This document shows positions 1-12,940 of a stretch of DNA of 64,000 nt, in pieces. The DNA lies in the NCBI GenBank assembly GCA_013239625.1, contig MU053652.1, forward strand, positions 310,001 through 374,000, given 5' to 3'. Position 1 is the stretch's first letter; the number at the start of each line of letters is the position of its first letter. The notes beneath the pieces were generated by a model that did no database searches, had not been told where the DNA came from, and saw nothing but the letters and a program-made list of their open reading frames with translations. The DNA comes from Lama guanicoe. Its lineage: Eukaryota. The position numbers and the translations under genes were made by a program.

Positions 1-130
1 TCAACAACTATAAAGTTTAAAAAGGATAATAGCCAAATTTCTAAAGCATTCTGAAAAGGACAAATGGACAGCATCAGATTAGAAAAGCATGACTCTCAGG
101 TTATAACAGGGAGGACTGAGCAGCTTAGAG

Positions 131-311
131 CTGTGGATCTCAAAGTGTGGTCTGCAGACCAGCAGTATCAGCACCACCTAGGAACCTGTTAGACATGCAA
201 ATTTTCAGGTTCCACCCCAGACCTACTTAACCAGGAGCTCTGGAGGGTGGAGAGCAGCAACAGGTGTTCCAACAAGGCCTCCAGGGAATTCTGAGAGAGC
301 TGAAATTTGAA
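131..311. mobile_element. MER5A-like hAT-Charlie DNA transposon
   Basis: ctcaaagtgtggtc...gaccagcagtatcagcaccacctaggaacctgttagacatgcaaatt...ccccagacctact, the MER5A pattern. Confidence 0.75.
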
Positions 312-639
312 GTTTGGTAAATAATTGCTTTCAAGCAAATGAATTTATCACTTCCAAATTAAAAAAAAATTTAATGGTCACAGGCACATCATTGGCCATA
401 CGCAGCCTGCTTTTACTTCCCTGTAAAAATTTAATGAACACTCTTGAAAGCAGCACCACTCCCAGCCTAAGAAGGACATTAGCAATAACTTCTACCTACC
501 TCTGCTCATCTCTCCTGTCACATCCTGATGTAGCCCTCTCACAGGTACCCCTATGCTGAACTGCCTGTTTCCTCCCCTCTCTTCCCTTTGGTTTTATACC
601 TAAATTACATTTAGTTTTATTAACAGTCAGCTTGACTGA

Positions 640-1200
640 TGCATGGAGATATTTCATTCATTTTCACTGCTGGGTGGTAATGCTATTGTAGCAGTATACC
701 ATGATCTAGTTATGCTTTCTCTCATCAAGGAACACTTGAGCTATTTCAATTTTTTGCTATTATGCTATTTTTTTGCTAAATATGTTGCTATGAGCATTCT
801 CATACAAGCCTTCGGGTACACATACGCTAAACTTCCTGTAAATAAGAATCAAAGTGCTACATAACAGAAAATGTCTTATTGTTCCTTGTCTGGTTTGGAT
901 ATCAAAGTAACTTCATTAGAATGAATTGTGAATATGCCTTCTATTTTTAATCTTTGAAAGAATGTGTTCATTATTGAAAGGTTTGTTCTTAAAAGTTTGG
1001 CTCCGGTGGGGTTTTTTGCATAAAGATTTTTAATTTAATTAATTTTAATTTGTAATGAATTACTTTTATGGGTACAGGACTACTCAGGGTTTCTATTTCC
1101 CAATCACCATTTTGGTGCATTACATTTTTCAAGGGATTTATCTATTTCACCTAACTTTTCAAATGTACTGGCATAAAAAGGCTGTTTAGAAATTCTTTTT
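640..1200 (-). mobile_element. Old L1M fragments
   Basis: Degenerate T-rich antisense L1 motifs (ggacacttg...tttcaatt, gctatgagcattct, tttcacctaacttttcaaatgtactggcata). Confidence 0.5.
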
Positions 1201-1869
1201 TATCTTAAAGCTTTTTAGTCTTTTCAAAAATCTAATCTAATTACGTAATTACACACAATATGATACACTTGAAAAGAACAAAAGAAAGAGGCATAGTGAG
1301 AACCGGTTAAAAACCAGCCTACTATCTTTTCAAAATCGTAAGCTATCTAAGAAGTAGTTTATGAAGGGTAGCTTGTTCTGGATATTCATCTTTGCATTTT
1401 TTAAAAACACAGGTGAGGAAAGGTGCCAGGTTACATTCTAACTACATGGCCATGAATTTCAGTTGGTTCTGATGTAATGATTACAGCTTTTTATACTTTG
1501 GAGATAAGATGCAATTGCTCCAGCTCAAGTTAAAGAAGAAAACCACTCCGATTCCTTCCTCCATTGACATCTGCAAAATCATAACAGTTTAGCTTTTTAC
1601 ATGGAAAGAAAAATACATATAGAAATCAAGACTTTCATAATAGAAACGTTTTAAAGTACGTCTTCTGTTTTGAGTCCAAAATACTGTGGAGTTGTTTTCT
1701 CTGGCAATTCCACGCTGGACACAGAAGAATGTTTTTTCTGGGAGACAAAGCTTCAGGCTGTCATGTCACCATCCTCATACAGGGTTCCCTGAAGATTAGA
1801 AGGGGCTCTGGACACTCAAGCGCCTCTGGCTGGTTGGACTTCAGGGGGCCAGCTGACTTCTAGACCTGT

Positions 1870-2015
1870 GCTTTTCAAGTTTTAATATGCACTCTCATCA
1901 CATGTGAGTCTGGTTAAAAATGCAGATTCTGGTTTCAGAGGTTGAGCGTAGAGTCCAAGAGTCTGCATTTCTAAGAAGTTCAAGGCAATGCTAACACTGC
2001 CAGTGGTACCCAAGC
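1870..2015. mobile_element. MER5-family DNA transposon
   Basis: ttaaaaatgcagattctggtttcagagg...gtctgcatttctaagaagttcaaggcaatgct. Confidence 0.6.
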
Positions 2016-3195
2016 AGCATTCCTGCAGATGCCCTGAGACGAGCAGATCTCTGAGCCAGACAGCTTCCGGGCTGTCAGACTCTGCCTCCTTGTGAATGCA
2101 ATATACACAATGGCCAAGCATAAAGTGACGGTTGTATGGACGGGTGCTGCTAACGTGCACTGCCTATGGAACATTTCGTTTTGATCATGTTCTCATTAGG
2201 CTACATGCAGGAAAACTTGCTCGTTTCAAGAGCACCGTCTAAATGTCCCCTAACTGCTCATTTTCACACACAAGTTCTAAAGAGAGTGGGGCTATGTTTT
2301 AAGCTTTCCATCATACATGAACACACATATTTTCCTACAAAATATGTCTTCAAGAAAATGTACCTTTCATTTTCCCCACAACCCAGCCTTATTACAAGTG
2401 CAGTGTGGACTAGCTGCTGCCACATCCCTGGAATGAGGCACTCGAGGGCAATCAATTCATTCTCCACTCGGCCCTGAAAAATCCTCAGGTGGGTAAGAGG
2501 ATACTTACTGAGAAAGAGAAGGCGCTGCTCCTTTATCACCCAGGGAACATCAGTCTCTGGTGTAAAGAAGAAACTCGAGCTCATTAAACTCAGACATCCC
2601 CAATCAACCCCTTAGGCTCCAGGAGCTGGAGGTGCCCCCTTTAAAGCAGGTGCTGTGTTTGCACGGGAGCTTGGCTCATGCAACAGGTTTGCTCCTCAGG
2701 TTGGTTGCGAATCAAAAGTTGTTGGTTTCACTTTTTTTTTTTTTTAATGAAAGCATCATTAGAAATACCCTAGAGAAACTTGCTATTTAAAGGGAGCTTA
2801 ATATGAATTCTTCTGTAAAATAAATAATCACTAATTTTGGCTGTATTTGGATTTTCAGATACTGAATTTATACAAAATAGAGTACCAGTTTAAGTAAATT
2901 CAGCAAAAGGAGTCGGGTAAGAATCTCTTATCTGGTTCTAGAATTAAAAATAAGCCTGCGTGTATCAGAAGAACCACTGTCTTAGCTTTTCAGGCATAAG
3001 ATGTTCTTGTCAAGCTTTGACATACAGTCTTACTCCATGGTCAATAAAATATCTTTCCTCATTTTGTGAATATCAGTTCTTAATCATTTAAATGAGTCAC
3101 ACTTCTCTAGGAAATTGCTTATCTGGTACTGTTCCATGCCATGCGGTAGACACGTATTAATGGGTCTATTAACCAAAATATCCCCTTTACTCATT

Positions 3196-3205
3196 CAAAG
3201 GATAC
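3196..3205 (-). other. LRGUK: U12-type (minor spliceosome) 5' splice site, LRGUK intron 5
   Basis: Donor GTATCCTTTG is an exact match to the RTATCCTTT U12 consensus. Confidence 0.88.
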
Positions 3206-3287
3206 TGTCCAGAATTAGTTTCGTGAGAGCCTGGTATGCTGACAGATCACACATTGCAGAAATTTGGTTGCAGGAAAAATCCACCTT
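3206..3287 (-). CDS. LRGUK: LRGUK coding exon 5 (82 nt, LRR); gene continues beyond window start
   Basis: ctctcatcAG|AAG GTG GAT...CTG GAC A|GTATCCTTTG; translates KVDFSCNQISAMCDLSAYQALTKLILD; phase 0/1. Not in the ORF track. Confidence 0.95.
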
Positions 3288-5187
3288 CTGATGAGAGAAA
3301 GAGAGCAGTCTGTAATACTTCACTTCTCATCCATCTTAACCACACAAATACTGGCACAAGAAGAATGTATTTTCTGATGAGGGTTTAGAATTCATTGTTG
3401 AAGTTACACATAGGCTAACATACTCACCCACGTTTCATCATTCCCTAGCTGGGACCCTTGTCTGTGCACTCTGAAGGGTACTAAGGGGATCCCTTCCCCG
3501 CGGTGGGTGCAGACATCCCCACAACTGAAATGCTTCCCATATCTGCAGTCACTCTCCCTATTTTCAGCATTTATTTTAAACTTTCTTGATCTTTCTTCAA
3601 AATTTACCTCAATTTTACCCTTACTTCCCACCATGTCTTTTTCCTCTAATGCCCAGCAGCCTGTACTCACTCAGTTTCCATGCATATCTCTCTTCTGTTT
3701 CCTTTGCCTTCTCTATTTCTATCTCAATTTACTCTCCCATGTCACCCCCTAAATGCCTGAAAAGTCTTTCTTATTCATCCCTCAGGCCATTCCTCTTCCA
3801 CTCAGCACCGTTTCTCAAAATTGACTATTTCAGGAAAGTGTGTATTTTCGGAAAGCATCACTGGTTCCTACTCAAAAATATGAGACTAAAGAAAAAGAAC
3901 ATTAAATAACTTTGTTTAATTATCCACCTACTGGCAAAAAAGTAACAAAAAAAACTAAGAAAAAAATCCACTGAACTGATAACTTGCTGAGCATAGTGTA
4001 ATCATTTTCTGGAAAACTACCAAGCAATTATATAAGTACTATTCTTCTTGTGCCTTTTAATACAGTAATTCCACCCCCCAAAATGCACTAAGATTATTTT
4101 ATTAATGTATTAAACACTAAATACTTCAAATACTGAATACTAAAAAAAATTTTTTTTAAAAACAACTCAAGTGGCAAGAGTAGAAAACTGGCTGATTACA
4201 ATACAGCAACAGGACTGCACGGTCAGTAAAATGCAAGTACACGAACCATGTGAACAAACAGAAATGTGCGAACAGAATAATAGTAAAAAAACAACCAGAA
4301 CACAAAATTTCATGCATATACAAATTGCAACCACGTAAGATGCATCCAGGGAATGAATTAAAAAGTCAGTGTGGCATGATGGAATAAAGTTTAATATTTG
4401 CTTTTTTTCCTATACAATAATGATGGATTAGAAATAAACTTATAATTATTGAGGCTTACTTATAACTGACAGTTTTTCATCGACACCTTTCATTCTTGTG
4501 CCACAGCTTGCATCTGCTCATGATACCCGTCTAGCTACTCCCCTGCCAGGGCTGTGTGCACTGTGCCCCACATGCATCTGTGATGCTGGGTTTGTTGAGA
4601 CCTTGAAAGGGTTATGATTTTGCTCTGACTCGCACTGGGAGTTCCATTGGAACCCAGAGCTTGTAACAAGTGCTCGTCCGTCAAATGAACCTTCTTCACC
4701 TACTAAGAGCAAAATCATTCTAGGAAACACAGAACGGGGAGCAAGTCCAAGCTCCTGCTCTTTGGCAAATGTATGCTTTTTCTGGTTGGTGGCACAAGGC
4801 ACAGAGACAAACAGAAGCAGAGCTTCCCAACAGGGTGGGACACTGGACGCAAGCCTGACTTACTGGAAAAACGGGTTTTGGGTCTCAGACATGGGGTTCA
4901 ATCTCAGCCTTGCTACCTGCCAGCAAAGATTAAGTTATTTAACCTTTCTGTGCTCCTGCAAACTCATCTGTAAAATGGGTTCATTCCAGCTGCCTCACAG
5001 TTCTTTTGGGAGGATTAAAATGATACTCAATTGAAAACACAGGAAGGTCTCAGTTATTCCCCTCCCAGGTTCACTTAGGGTTCATATAAGGTTGAAATAT
5101 CTCATCAGGGACAGTCTGGCACTTTGCAAGCATTTTCCTAAGGTTACCAATGTATTTGCTCTTAATTCTCTAGGAACCTTAAGCATT

Positions 5188-5435
5188 GAGATACATGTCA
5201 TACATTTGTCCAAACCCACAGCATATACAACACCAAGAATGAATCCTAAGGTAAACGGTGGACTTTGGGAGATGATGATGTGTCTGTGCGGGTGTGAGTG
5301 TAACAGAGGTACCGCTCTGGTGGGGGATGTTGATGATGGGGAGGCTGGGCACACGTCTGGGCACGGGCTATACAGGAAATCTCTGTACCTCCCCCTTAAT
5401 TTTGCTGTGAACCTAAAACTGCTCTAAGAAGAAAA
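5188..5435 (+). mobile_element. L1MC-type 3' end
   Basis: catttgtccaaacccacag...gtaaacggtggactttggg...ggaaatctctgtacc...ttttgctgtgaacctaaaactgctctaa followed by an A-rich end. Confidence 0.8.
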
Positions 5436-6029
5436 GATGGGGTATCTGATTTGGTTTTGTTCATTTGTGCAGCCTTTTTGGGAGGGAGTGAGGTAAGACT
5501 GTGAATGAAAGAAACTCCAGGGAAGATTTCCCAAGGAAGGGGTCACGCTGTTGCCATGACTGGCATCCCTGGGACTCAGGGCAAGGCGGAAGGGGAGGCA
5601 AAGGGGGAGAATCAAGACAGCTCTGCACGTACAATTGCTGCTGACCTGGAGGCCACAGGGCCCCACACTGACTACAGTTAGGTATCTTGTATGGCTTATC
5701 TGGATAAAGGAACACCACCCCAGCAATTACTGTAACTTCAAAGGGGGAAAATGCTCTCCTGATAAAAATGGAGTGATGTGAAACAACAGAAGAGAAATTA
5801 AGAAAGGCGTCTTACTGGCAGTACGGAGGAGGTCAGATTCTAGCTTTCAAACAGACTCATATTTGTGCAAGTCCCGGCAGAAGACTTTGGATTTAAGTTA
5901 ATCTGGTTTGTAAGTCAAATGAAACTAATAGATAATAAAAGGCAATCATTTAAGTCCCTTCCTTAAAATAACTTTTTAATGAAATATTTGAGTCCAGTTG
6001 AAGAACTCTAATCTCAGGCTTGTGGCAAC

Positions 6030-6395
6030 AGTTCCCAAATTTGTCAGCACATTAAGAGTCACCTGGGGTGGGAGGAGGTGGGGTCTTTAAAAAAAATTCC
6101 CACACCTAGGCCTTACCTTGGACCACTTGAATCAGAATCTCTGGCAGTGGGATCCAGGCAAAAGTAGCTTTCAAAACTCCCCAGATGATGCCAACATGCA
6201 GAAAATACTGGGTACTGTTAATCTATGACCTCTCTGCTTGAGTGTGGTCCACAGACCAGCAGCCATGGCTCACCTGGAAGGTCGTTAGAAAGCAGAGTCT
6301 CAGGCCCACCCCAGACCTACTGGGGCAGAATCTCCTTTCACAAGAACGCCATGTGGTCGACATGCACATTACAGCGTGAGACACAGCGCTCTACA
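6030..6395. mobile_element. Two adjacent MER5-family elements (about 6030-6215 and 6232-6395)
   Basis: gaatcagaatctctgg...ctccccagatgatgccaac, then gtgtggtccacagaccagcagc...gttagaaagcagagtctcaggcccaccccagacctact. Confidence 0.7.
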
Positions 6396-6895
6396 GAAGA
6401 GCAAGTGACTCCGTCCACCACGCCATCAACAGAGCTTAATTCTGCCTCCGAAATGCGAAAGCAAGGGCTGAGAAGCAAGAGTGAAGAGCTGAAATCATGG
6501 TTTTTCTAAACAAAAGTAAACGCTGGATCAATAAGGAAGGCAAAATTTGAAACCCCGGAAATTTTCAACAGATTTTTCAGGTATAAAATTGTTCTGCTAT
6601 AATAAAAATATACACACAATAATTAGTACTTAAATTAAGGTGGGAGAAAGGAAGGAAGTTAGTTCTTTGGTTTCAACACTAGGTTTCAGCAAAGCTTCCT
6701 AAAAAGATGATATTTGATAGGTCTCCCTTTCCTAACATAAATGATATACAAATCCTTCTTTTTTATTTCATTTCAGACACACACTATTTACTCCTACGCC
6801 TTATTCTCTCTGAATTCTCTTTCAGTGCTGTTTTGCTGGTTAGTACACTTTGCAAACCAGTTAACATATGTAACTAGTGTATTAATAAAGTTTAC

Positions 6896-6996
6896 CTTGA
6901 GATTTTGGGGTGGCTTGAAATTGAAGAATGAAGTCAGCTTATTTTGAGAAGCATTAAGTTCGAGAAGATAAGGCATACAGCTCACACAAGACAAAT
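6896..6996 (-). CDS. LRGUK: LRGUK coding exon 4 (101 nt, LRR)
   Basis: cccccAG|AT TTG TCT...CTC AAG|GTAAAC; translates (D)LSCVSCMPYLLELNASQNKLTSFFNFKPPQNLK; phase 1/0. Confidence 0.96.
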
Positions 6997-8329
6997 CTGG
7001 GGGTGGGGAATGAATACAGAATAAGGCAAGCCAACAAAATACAAATTAGACAAAGTCATTAAAAACAGCATACATTACATCAGAACACTTTTTAAATTAT
7101 GCCAGTTGCAAGCACAGCCAAGCAAGAAATGACTCAGGCCTCCTCGGTGTCCCAGCTCACTCTCTCACGAGCTGCACACAGTCAATGCTTCAAAGAGTGC
7201 CTGCCATCCTTGGAGAAACTAAAACCTTCGATAATCCTCTGGATAATTAGCCCCTAAATCACTGAATTAGGTCTTTTCGGAAAGGCTGAAAATGCCACAA
7301 TTAATTCTTTGTTATCAATTAAATTTTGCTTTAGATGGACTTAATCTTAAAACTCATTCATTATTTGAAGTGATTTAAATTATTGTTATTATTTTACTTT
7401 GACTCTGGACTGGTTCAAAAGCATGTCCGTGTTTTGCATTTTATCCCAAAGCCAATATTCTGAACCTAGAAATACTAAGGAAAGGACTACTGTGCTAATA
7501 AAAGTTCATGAAATTGCATATAAAACATAAAAACGGTGAAGCACTGTGCCGCCTGCCTTTCTCTGCCCCTTTACAGCAGACGGACTTCGGGGCAGCAGGG
7601 GAATTAGGGAAAGTCTCAGGAAGAATCACATGATGAGGATTTACAGCCCATCGCTATCAGTAACTTGCTTTTCCACCTGTCTTGTCATTCCAGAATCGCT
7701 GAATCGCAGCCCCTCAGAAGATGGCCTCTGGCAGGAGAACGGAGCCTCCACACCTGAGGCCAAGCAAAGTGCTTCTCCCTCTTACCAGGTGACGAAGACA
7801 CACCCCGATGGGGGGAAGGAAGCAGGGCTGAGCAGCTGGAGCCGGCAATGTGAGGGGCCCCCGCCCCATTCCCCCAACATCCTTCCTTCTCAAGGTCGCT
7901 GAAGCCAGAAGATCCCCACCAATTTCTACTGCATTTCTCTGGTCTAAACCATACCCTCCTTTAGCCTGTTAATTTTATGAAATTGTTCTAGGAGGGACCA
8001 TACATTGAGACAGTGACAGGAGCAAATCCAGAAAGGCTGCCTGTGAGAGGAAACTTAAGGGGAAACTATAACTGCTTTACAGGTTTTGCCTATTTGTCCA
8101 TCCGAGCTCAGCTGGACGTCTATCGCCAGTGGTCTCTACCCTCTTAACTCCACGGGCCCTCACACCCCCTTGGAGCTGATCTCCCAGGGGGCAGGTTAAG
8201 TGCTGTCCCATGGAGCTCTGTCTTGAAACAGAAGCAGCAGCTACGCTTGCATGGCAAGTACGTCTCCAATCACTGTGATAGGAAAAGCCCACTGCCTGGG
8301 TTGCTGGGCTTCTCACTCTCCTTACTCAG

Positions 8330-8362
8330 TGTAGTGACCTCCGTGTCCACCAGATGGCAGGA
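8330..8362 (+). promoter_or_regulatory. Candidate CTCF site with upstream motif
   Basis: Core CCACCAGATGGCAG (8347-8360) is preceded by TGTAGTGACC. Confidence 0.55.
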
Positions 8363-8379
8363 GCTCCTCACATCTACAT

Positions 8380-8556
8380 CCGTGGTTCTCAAACTGTGAT
8401 CCTGGACCAGCAGCCTAGGTTTCACAGGGAACTAGTTAGAAATGCAAATTCTCAAGCCTCACCCCAGATCTACTGAGTCAGAAAGCCTGAGGGTGGGGCA
8501 CAGGCAACCACGTTTTAACTGGCCCCCTCCAGGTAATTCTGGTGCAAGCTGAAATC
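8380..8556. mobile_element. MER5A
   Basis: gtggttctcaaactgtg...gaccagcagc...gttagaaatgcaaattctcaagcctcaccccagatctactgagtcagaa. Confidence 0.85.
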
Positions 8557-8839
8557 TAGTCTGTATCAGGTCATCAATAAAGCTGTTCTCTTGGGGAAAA
8601 AAAAATACTGTACCTTACACGCAGGAGGTTCTCAAACACTTGATGAGTTAATAAAAGGAGCCATAAAACACTGAAGGAGACATCTGATGAGGAAAGCTTC
8701 ATTTGCTACTGGGGACTGCTTGCTCAAGAGCACTGAAGATCGTCGAAGTCTCTCGCACTCTGCAATCCCTCACCCAGTAAATGAAACCAGCCTTGCAGGT
8801 GTGGAGTGTGGGGAGAGCTCCTGCCAGTAACGCTAAGAG

Positions 8840-9010
8840 GTCTTTCTGATGATATGATATCCGGGATTTGCTTTAAAATAACCATAGGAAGGTGGGCAGG
8901 GAAGGATGGGTCAAGCAAGACAGGCCACAGGCTGATAACTGTTGAACCTGAATATTCATTACAAACCACTCTACTTGTGCAAGTTTGTAATTTTCCATTA
9001 AAAAAGTTTT
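8840..9010 (+). mobile_element. Old L1 (L1ME/L1MC-like) 3' end
   Basis: gatatccgggatttgctttaaaata...gataactgttgaacctg...tttgtaattttccattaaaaaagtt. Confidence 0.65.
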
Positions 9011-9893
9011 ATGAACCCAGAAAAAAAATTAAAAACCTCTGAAAATCAGTAGCATTTGAAGAATTAAAATCTGCCTGCATGTTTCTTAGCCATTGAAAAG
9101 AAAGAGTGAATTTTAATTATTGCAGTCAGATGAGAGGAAGAAATCAGAAAATGAATCAAAGAAGACCAGCAGCAACACTTAATCGTCATTAAAAAAGCTA
9201 AAGAAGCGCGTAGAAAGATTATCTGTGAAGGAAGAAGCAGGTCGGAAATTTCAAATAAGATCAGAAAATTAGAAACAAGGATCAAGTTTGAAGAAAACGT
9301 GACTAATTTCATTAAATGTAAGCAAGGTATCATATTAGACACCTTATACAGAATTACAAGTGGCAGACTGAGACTTGAAAGAATCAACTAGCTATATAGA
9401 GACAACAAAGAGAGGGGGAAAAAATAAATTTGGAATCCCTGGTGCTCAAATAAGAAGAGAAGCAGCTAGCCAGGATTAAGATGTAGATGCAAATACAAAA
9501 TAAAGAAAAGAATCCATTAAGGGGGTGGGGAGAGGACTAATTCAACTACATTGAATAAACTAATCGGGGGAAAGAAAAGGGAGTCATCCAATATTCAGAA
9601 AGCATTAAAGAAGTAATGATCCATCTCTTAAAAGGAAAGAGCAAAGCAAACATTCCATCTGATAGTCTTCAATGTCACTGAGTACGTCTCAACCACAGCG
9701 TAATGCCGCATGTCTGCTGACCTCTGCCTTTTTCTTTACTCATCGTCATGGAAAACAGAGGATCAATATGTAAACTGATCCACAATAGCACTTATGTCTA
9801 GTTTGGTAGTATTAAAGTACATTGCATTCTGCAAAGCTTAAATTTTCAAACAGTTCAGCGATCCATCAATTTACTAGGATGATAATTACATAC

Positions 9894-9975
9894 CTTCAAT
9901 TTTATTTACTGAAAGATCCAACTTGTGTAGGTGAACGTATCCACAGAGGATGCTAATATCAATTAAATCGAGACC
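9894..9975 (-). CDS. LRGUK: LRGUK coding exon 3 (82 nt, LRR)
   Basis: ttcttAG|GGT CTC GAT...ATT GAA G|GTATGT; translates GLDLIDISILCGYVHLHKLDLSVNKIE; phase 0/1. Not in the ORF track. Confidence 0.95.
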
Positions 9976-12260
9976 CTAAGAAAACAAAAGGTAAAGGACT
10001 TTAATGTTGCTTTAACAGATTAGTATTCAGACTTCTCGAAACATCTGGAAGTAAAAGTTGATAGGATGAAATCTGGAATTTCCTTCGAAAGTATAATAGA
10101 AGAGAACAAAACCTGAAGCCTATTACTAATATGCTCTCAAAATAGACTACAAACCCCAACAGAAAATGCATTCTTCTGAAGGAAATAATAGCTCGGAAAA
10201 TTAGTGTTGTTGGGGAGAACAAATACGACATGAAAAGGCAAATTAAAGCAGTGTTCATGAAGACCTTTAGAGCAGAGTTTTACACTTTTTTAAAAACACA
10301 CACACACATAAAAGCAATAAAGTCCAAGCCTTTATCTAGTAGAAGAAAAGAAAAAGCAAATGCCTAGAATTCAAATGAAAGGTTGAAAGAGTTCACACCT
10401 AATCAGGGAGATCATTAGAAACAATATCTCCTATGCTTTCCCAGGGTTCCTTTTCAAAGCTCTCTCACAATAATCTCATCTGATCAAACAAAGCTGTGCA
10501 GGGCAGATTATCCCCAATTTAGAGACGGGGCAGGTGAGGGCCAGAGAGGTACATAAATTGCCTAAAATCACTTAGCAAGTTAGTGATGGAGAAGGAGCCC
10601 CAGGTCTCCTGAGCCCTTGTCCAGGATCCTTTCCATGAAATCTTGCTTCTGGTGAACTCCTAGAGGGGTGGGAGGGGAATTTGGTCCCTTGGAACAAAGA
10701 CTCATGTCACTGGCTTATGTTGTGGTGCCAAGAGTCAGAAAAGACCAATCAATGAAGTGTTATCATAAGCAATGTCTCAAACATTTCTTATATAAGAATG
10801 TTTAATGAAGGCTGCTGGAACAGTAAGAAAACTACCGAAGACCTACTATGTACAAGGCATTATGCTTGGTAAGATGAGAAGTACGTACAGTGATGGATTA
10901 GAGCTATATCTGCCCTTAAGAAACATGACTTCGGTGGGAGAAACTATGTACACAAGTAATAAGCAAAAGTTAAAAAAAAAAAAAGGTAAGGTAAGTAAGA
11001 CATAAAGAGGAAAAAAAATCACCAAACTAGCCAACCCTAGGAAAGTGTATTCAGTAAAACAGGTTATTAGGGCAAAGTAATTCAACACGTAATATCTTAA
11101 ATGTAAGGAGGTCAGTGGGAAAATAGGTTAAGCTTCGGACCATCTAGCTGAAATCAGATTTAAAGGACTGTGCTCTTTTGGGAGATCAATTTAAGGCATA
11201 CCACTACGTATATAAGTAGAGTATTGACTGAAAGGGACTTGCATGGGGATGTACTGGGTGCTGGAATTATCTACCATTCCAATGCCTAACACAGTGCAGG
11301 GCACACACGGTGCTCCCTGTATGTTAATGCCTGACTGGCTGAGTCATCTGTAAAAGATTATAAGGTGATAATAGCAAAAGATTAGAGTCTTTGTATGCTG
11401 GTCTCAAAGGACACGTCATGGAACCGGCATGGGTGAGAAGAGCTTAACATCTCTTGGACAGTGTACAGTTCAAGTCCAAGGCAAAACAGCCTTGCTGTGA
11501 ATTACATATGCTTTGAGCCAAATTCAGGTGCTATAGCAAAATTTCAGTGTGTTTTTTTAACCTATGTATCTGCATTTACTCTGTCAACCTCCAAGGAATA
11601 TTTAATGCTTTACAATATAAGGAGGCAAAAAGAGTTAAATTGTTTTTCTAGGACTACAGAGAAACAAAAGAAGGAAAGAAGCTGAAATACTTTGAATACT
11701 CTGCTCTAACAGCTTCTCTTATGATAAAATTAGAGCCAAGATTCTGGTCTAGTATTGAAATCTTGAAAATTGATGAATAACAATACATTTTTTTCTTTCA
11801 TAATGGGTATCTTTTAGAAAGTGTGCTATAGCTCAAAAGCTACTTATTTCTTGATGTACTCAGTGGGGAAAGTCAATACCCAAAGACTTTATTCCCTTGG
11901 ATTCAGATACAAAATTTCAGTCCTGGCACTGATCAGAGAGAAAATTCTTAAGGAATTTTTGATTGGTTTTACAGAATCAAATTCAACCTCCTGGAAGGAA
12001 AGCACTGATTACTATAAAATAGACTACTTAAGATGAAAGAAATAGACTGTGAAGGGAATGAAAACAAACGAACTTGAGGGGGTTGATTACGGGATTGGCC
12101 AGGGCTCTTTGATGTCAAAGAGAAATAATTCTTTTAGCCATTCTCCATCAAATGCAAGGCTCTGAGATCTGGGGCCACCAAAAAAGCTATGAGTACCAGA
12201 GAAAGTGGATATGGTCCAACCAGTGTCAAGATGTAGCCACGGTGATCTTGTCATACTCAC

Positions 12261-12368
12261 TGATAACGTTAGACTGAGGTAGACCTGCTCAGTCCCGGAG
12301 CCCGAGCGCCCCAGCTGGTAGAGTTTCTCAGCCACAACCTCCTCTCTCAGGACCCCATCAAATTCCTC
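12261..12368 (-). CDS. LRGUK: LRGUK coding exon 2 (108 nt)
   Basis: cctcAG|GAG GAA TTT...TTA TCA|GTGAGT; translates EEFDGVLREEVVAEKLYQLGRSGSGTEQVYLSLTLS; phase 0/0. Confidence 0.96.
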
Positions 12369-12699
12369 CTGAGGGGGGGAAAAAAAACCCACACACACAA
12401 AAAACAAAAAACCAGAGAGATGGACAAAGAAAGGACTTCCATTAGACTTTAAAGAAATAACCCACCTCATCATATCTAGCATTTATTTATTATATCATGT
12501 ATCTGGAAGCTAAGCCCTTCAGAATTTACCAGCCTCCCAGAAAATTCTGTGTTGAAGACTCACACATATTACATACGATTGAGAAATAGCTATCAAATCA
12601 GTGTATTGCCTCTGAACTTGCAAGTGGTTGCCTGCACTAGTATTCAAAGGGAATTCGTATTCACGGTAGCAGTGGAAGAAGCGTCAGTTATCAGTGGTG

Positions 12700-12940
12700 A
12701 TGGCTCTGATGAGTGAATGCTTCTCTGCTCTAAGAACTCGGCTAAGAGCTCTCAGTGGGTCAACTCATTCCTTTTGACAGTCCTGAGGTAGGTCCTCTTA
12801 GCTCTGTTTTACAAATGAAGAAACCAAGGCTCAATGACACTGAAGTTAACTTGGCTGAAACCGCATAGGTAGGATGAGACAGAGCCCCAACACAAACCCT
12901 TATCTGTCTGACTCCAGGGCAGTTCTAACCACTACACTTG
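12700..12940 (-). mobile_element. MIR SINE
   Basis: ttttacaaatgaagaaaccaaggctca...ctgtctgactccagggc, the antisense MIR core. Confidence 0.7.

Noticed and set aside
1..3195. LRGUK exon 6 and U12 branch point
   Set aside because: I found neither the expected next LRR exon (recalled as NEIEEISGLE-like) nor a TCCTTAAC on the minus strand, so they are presumably outside the window.
9064..9420. K/E-rich coiled-coil-like coding fragment
   Set aside because: It is A-rich and broken by stops. It may be a decayed L1 ORF1/HAL1 piece but cannot be assigned by eye.
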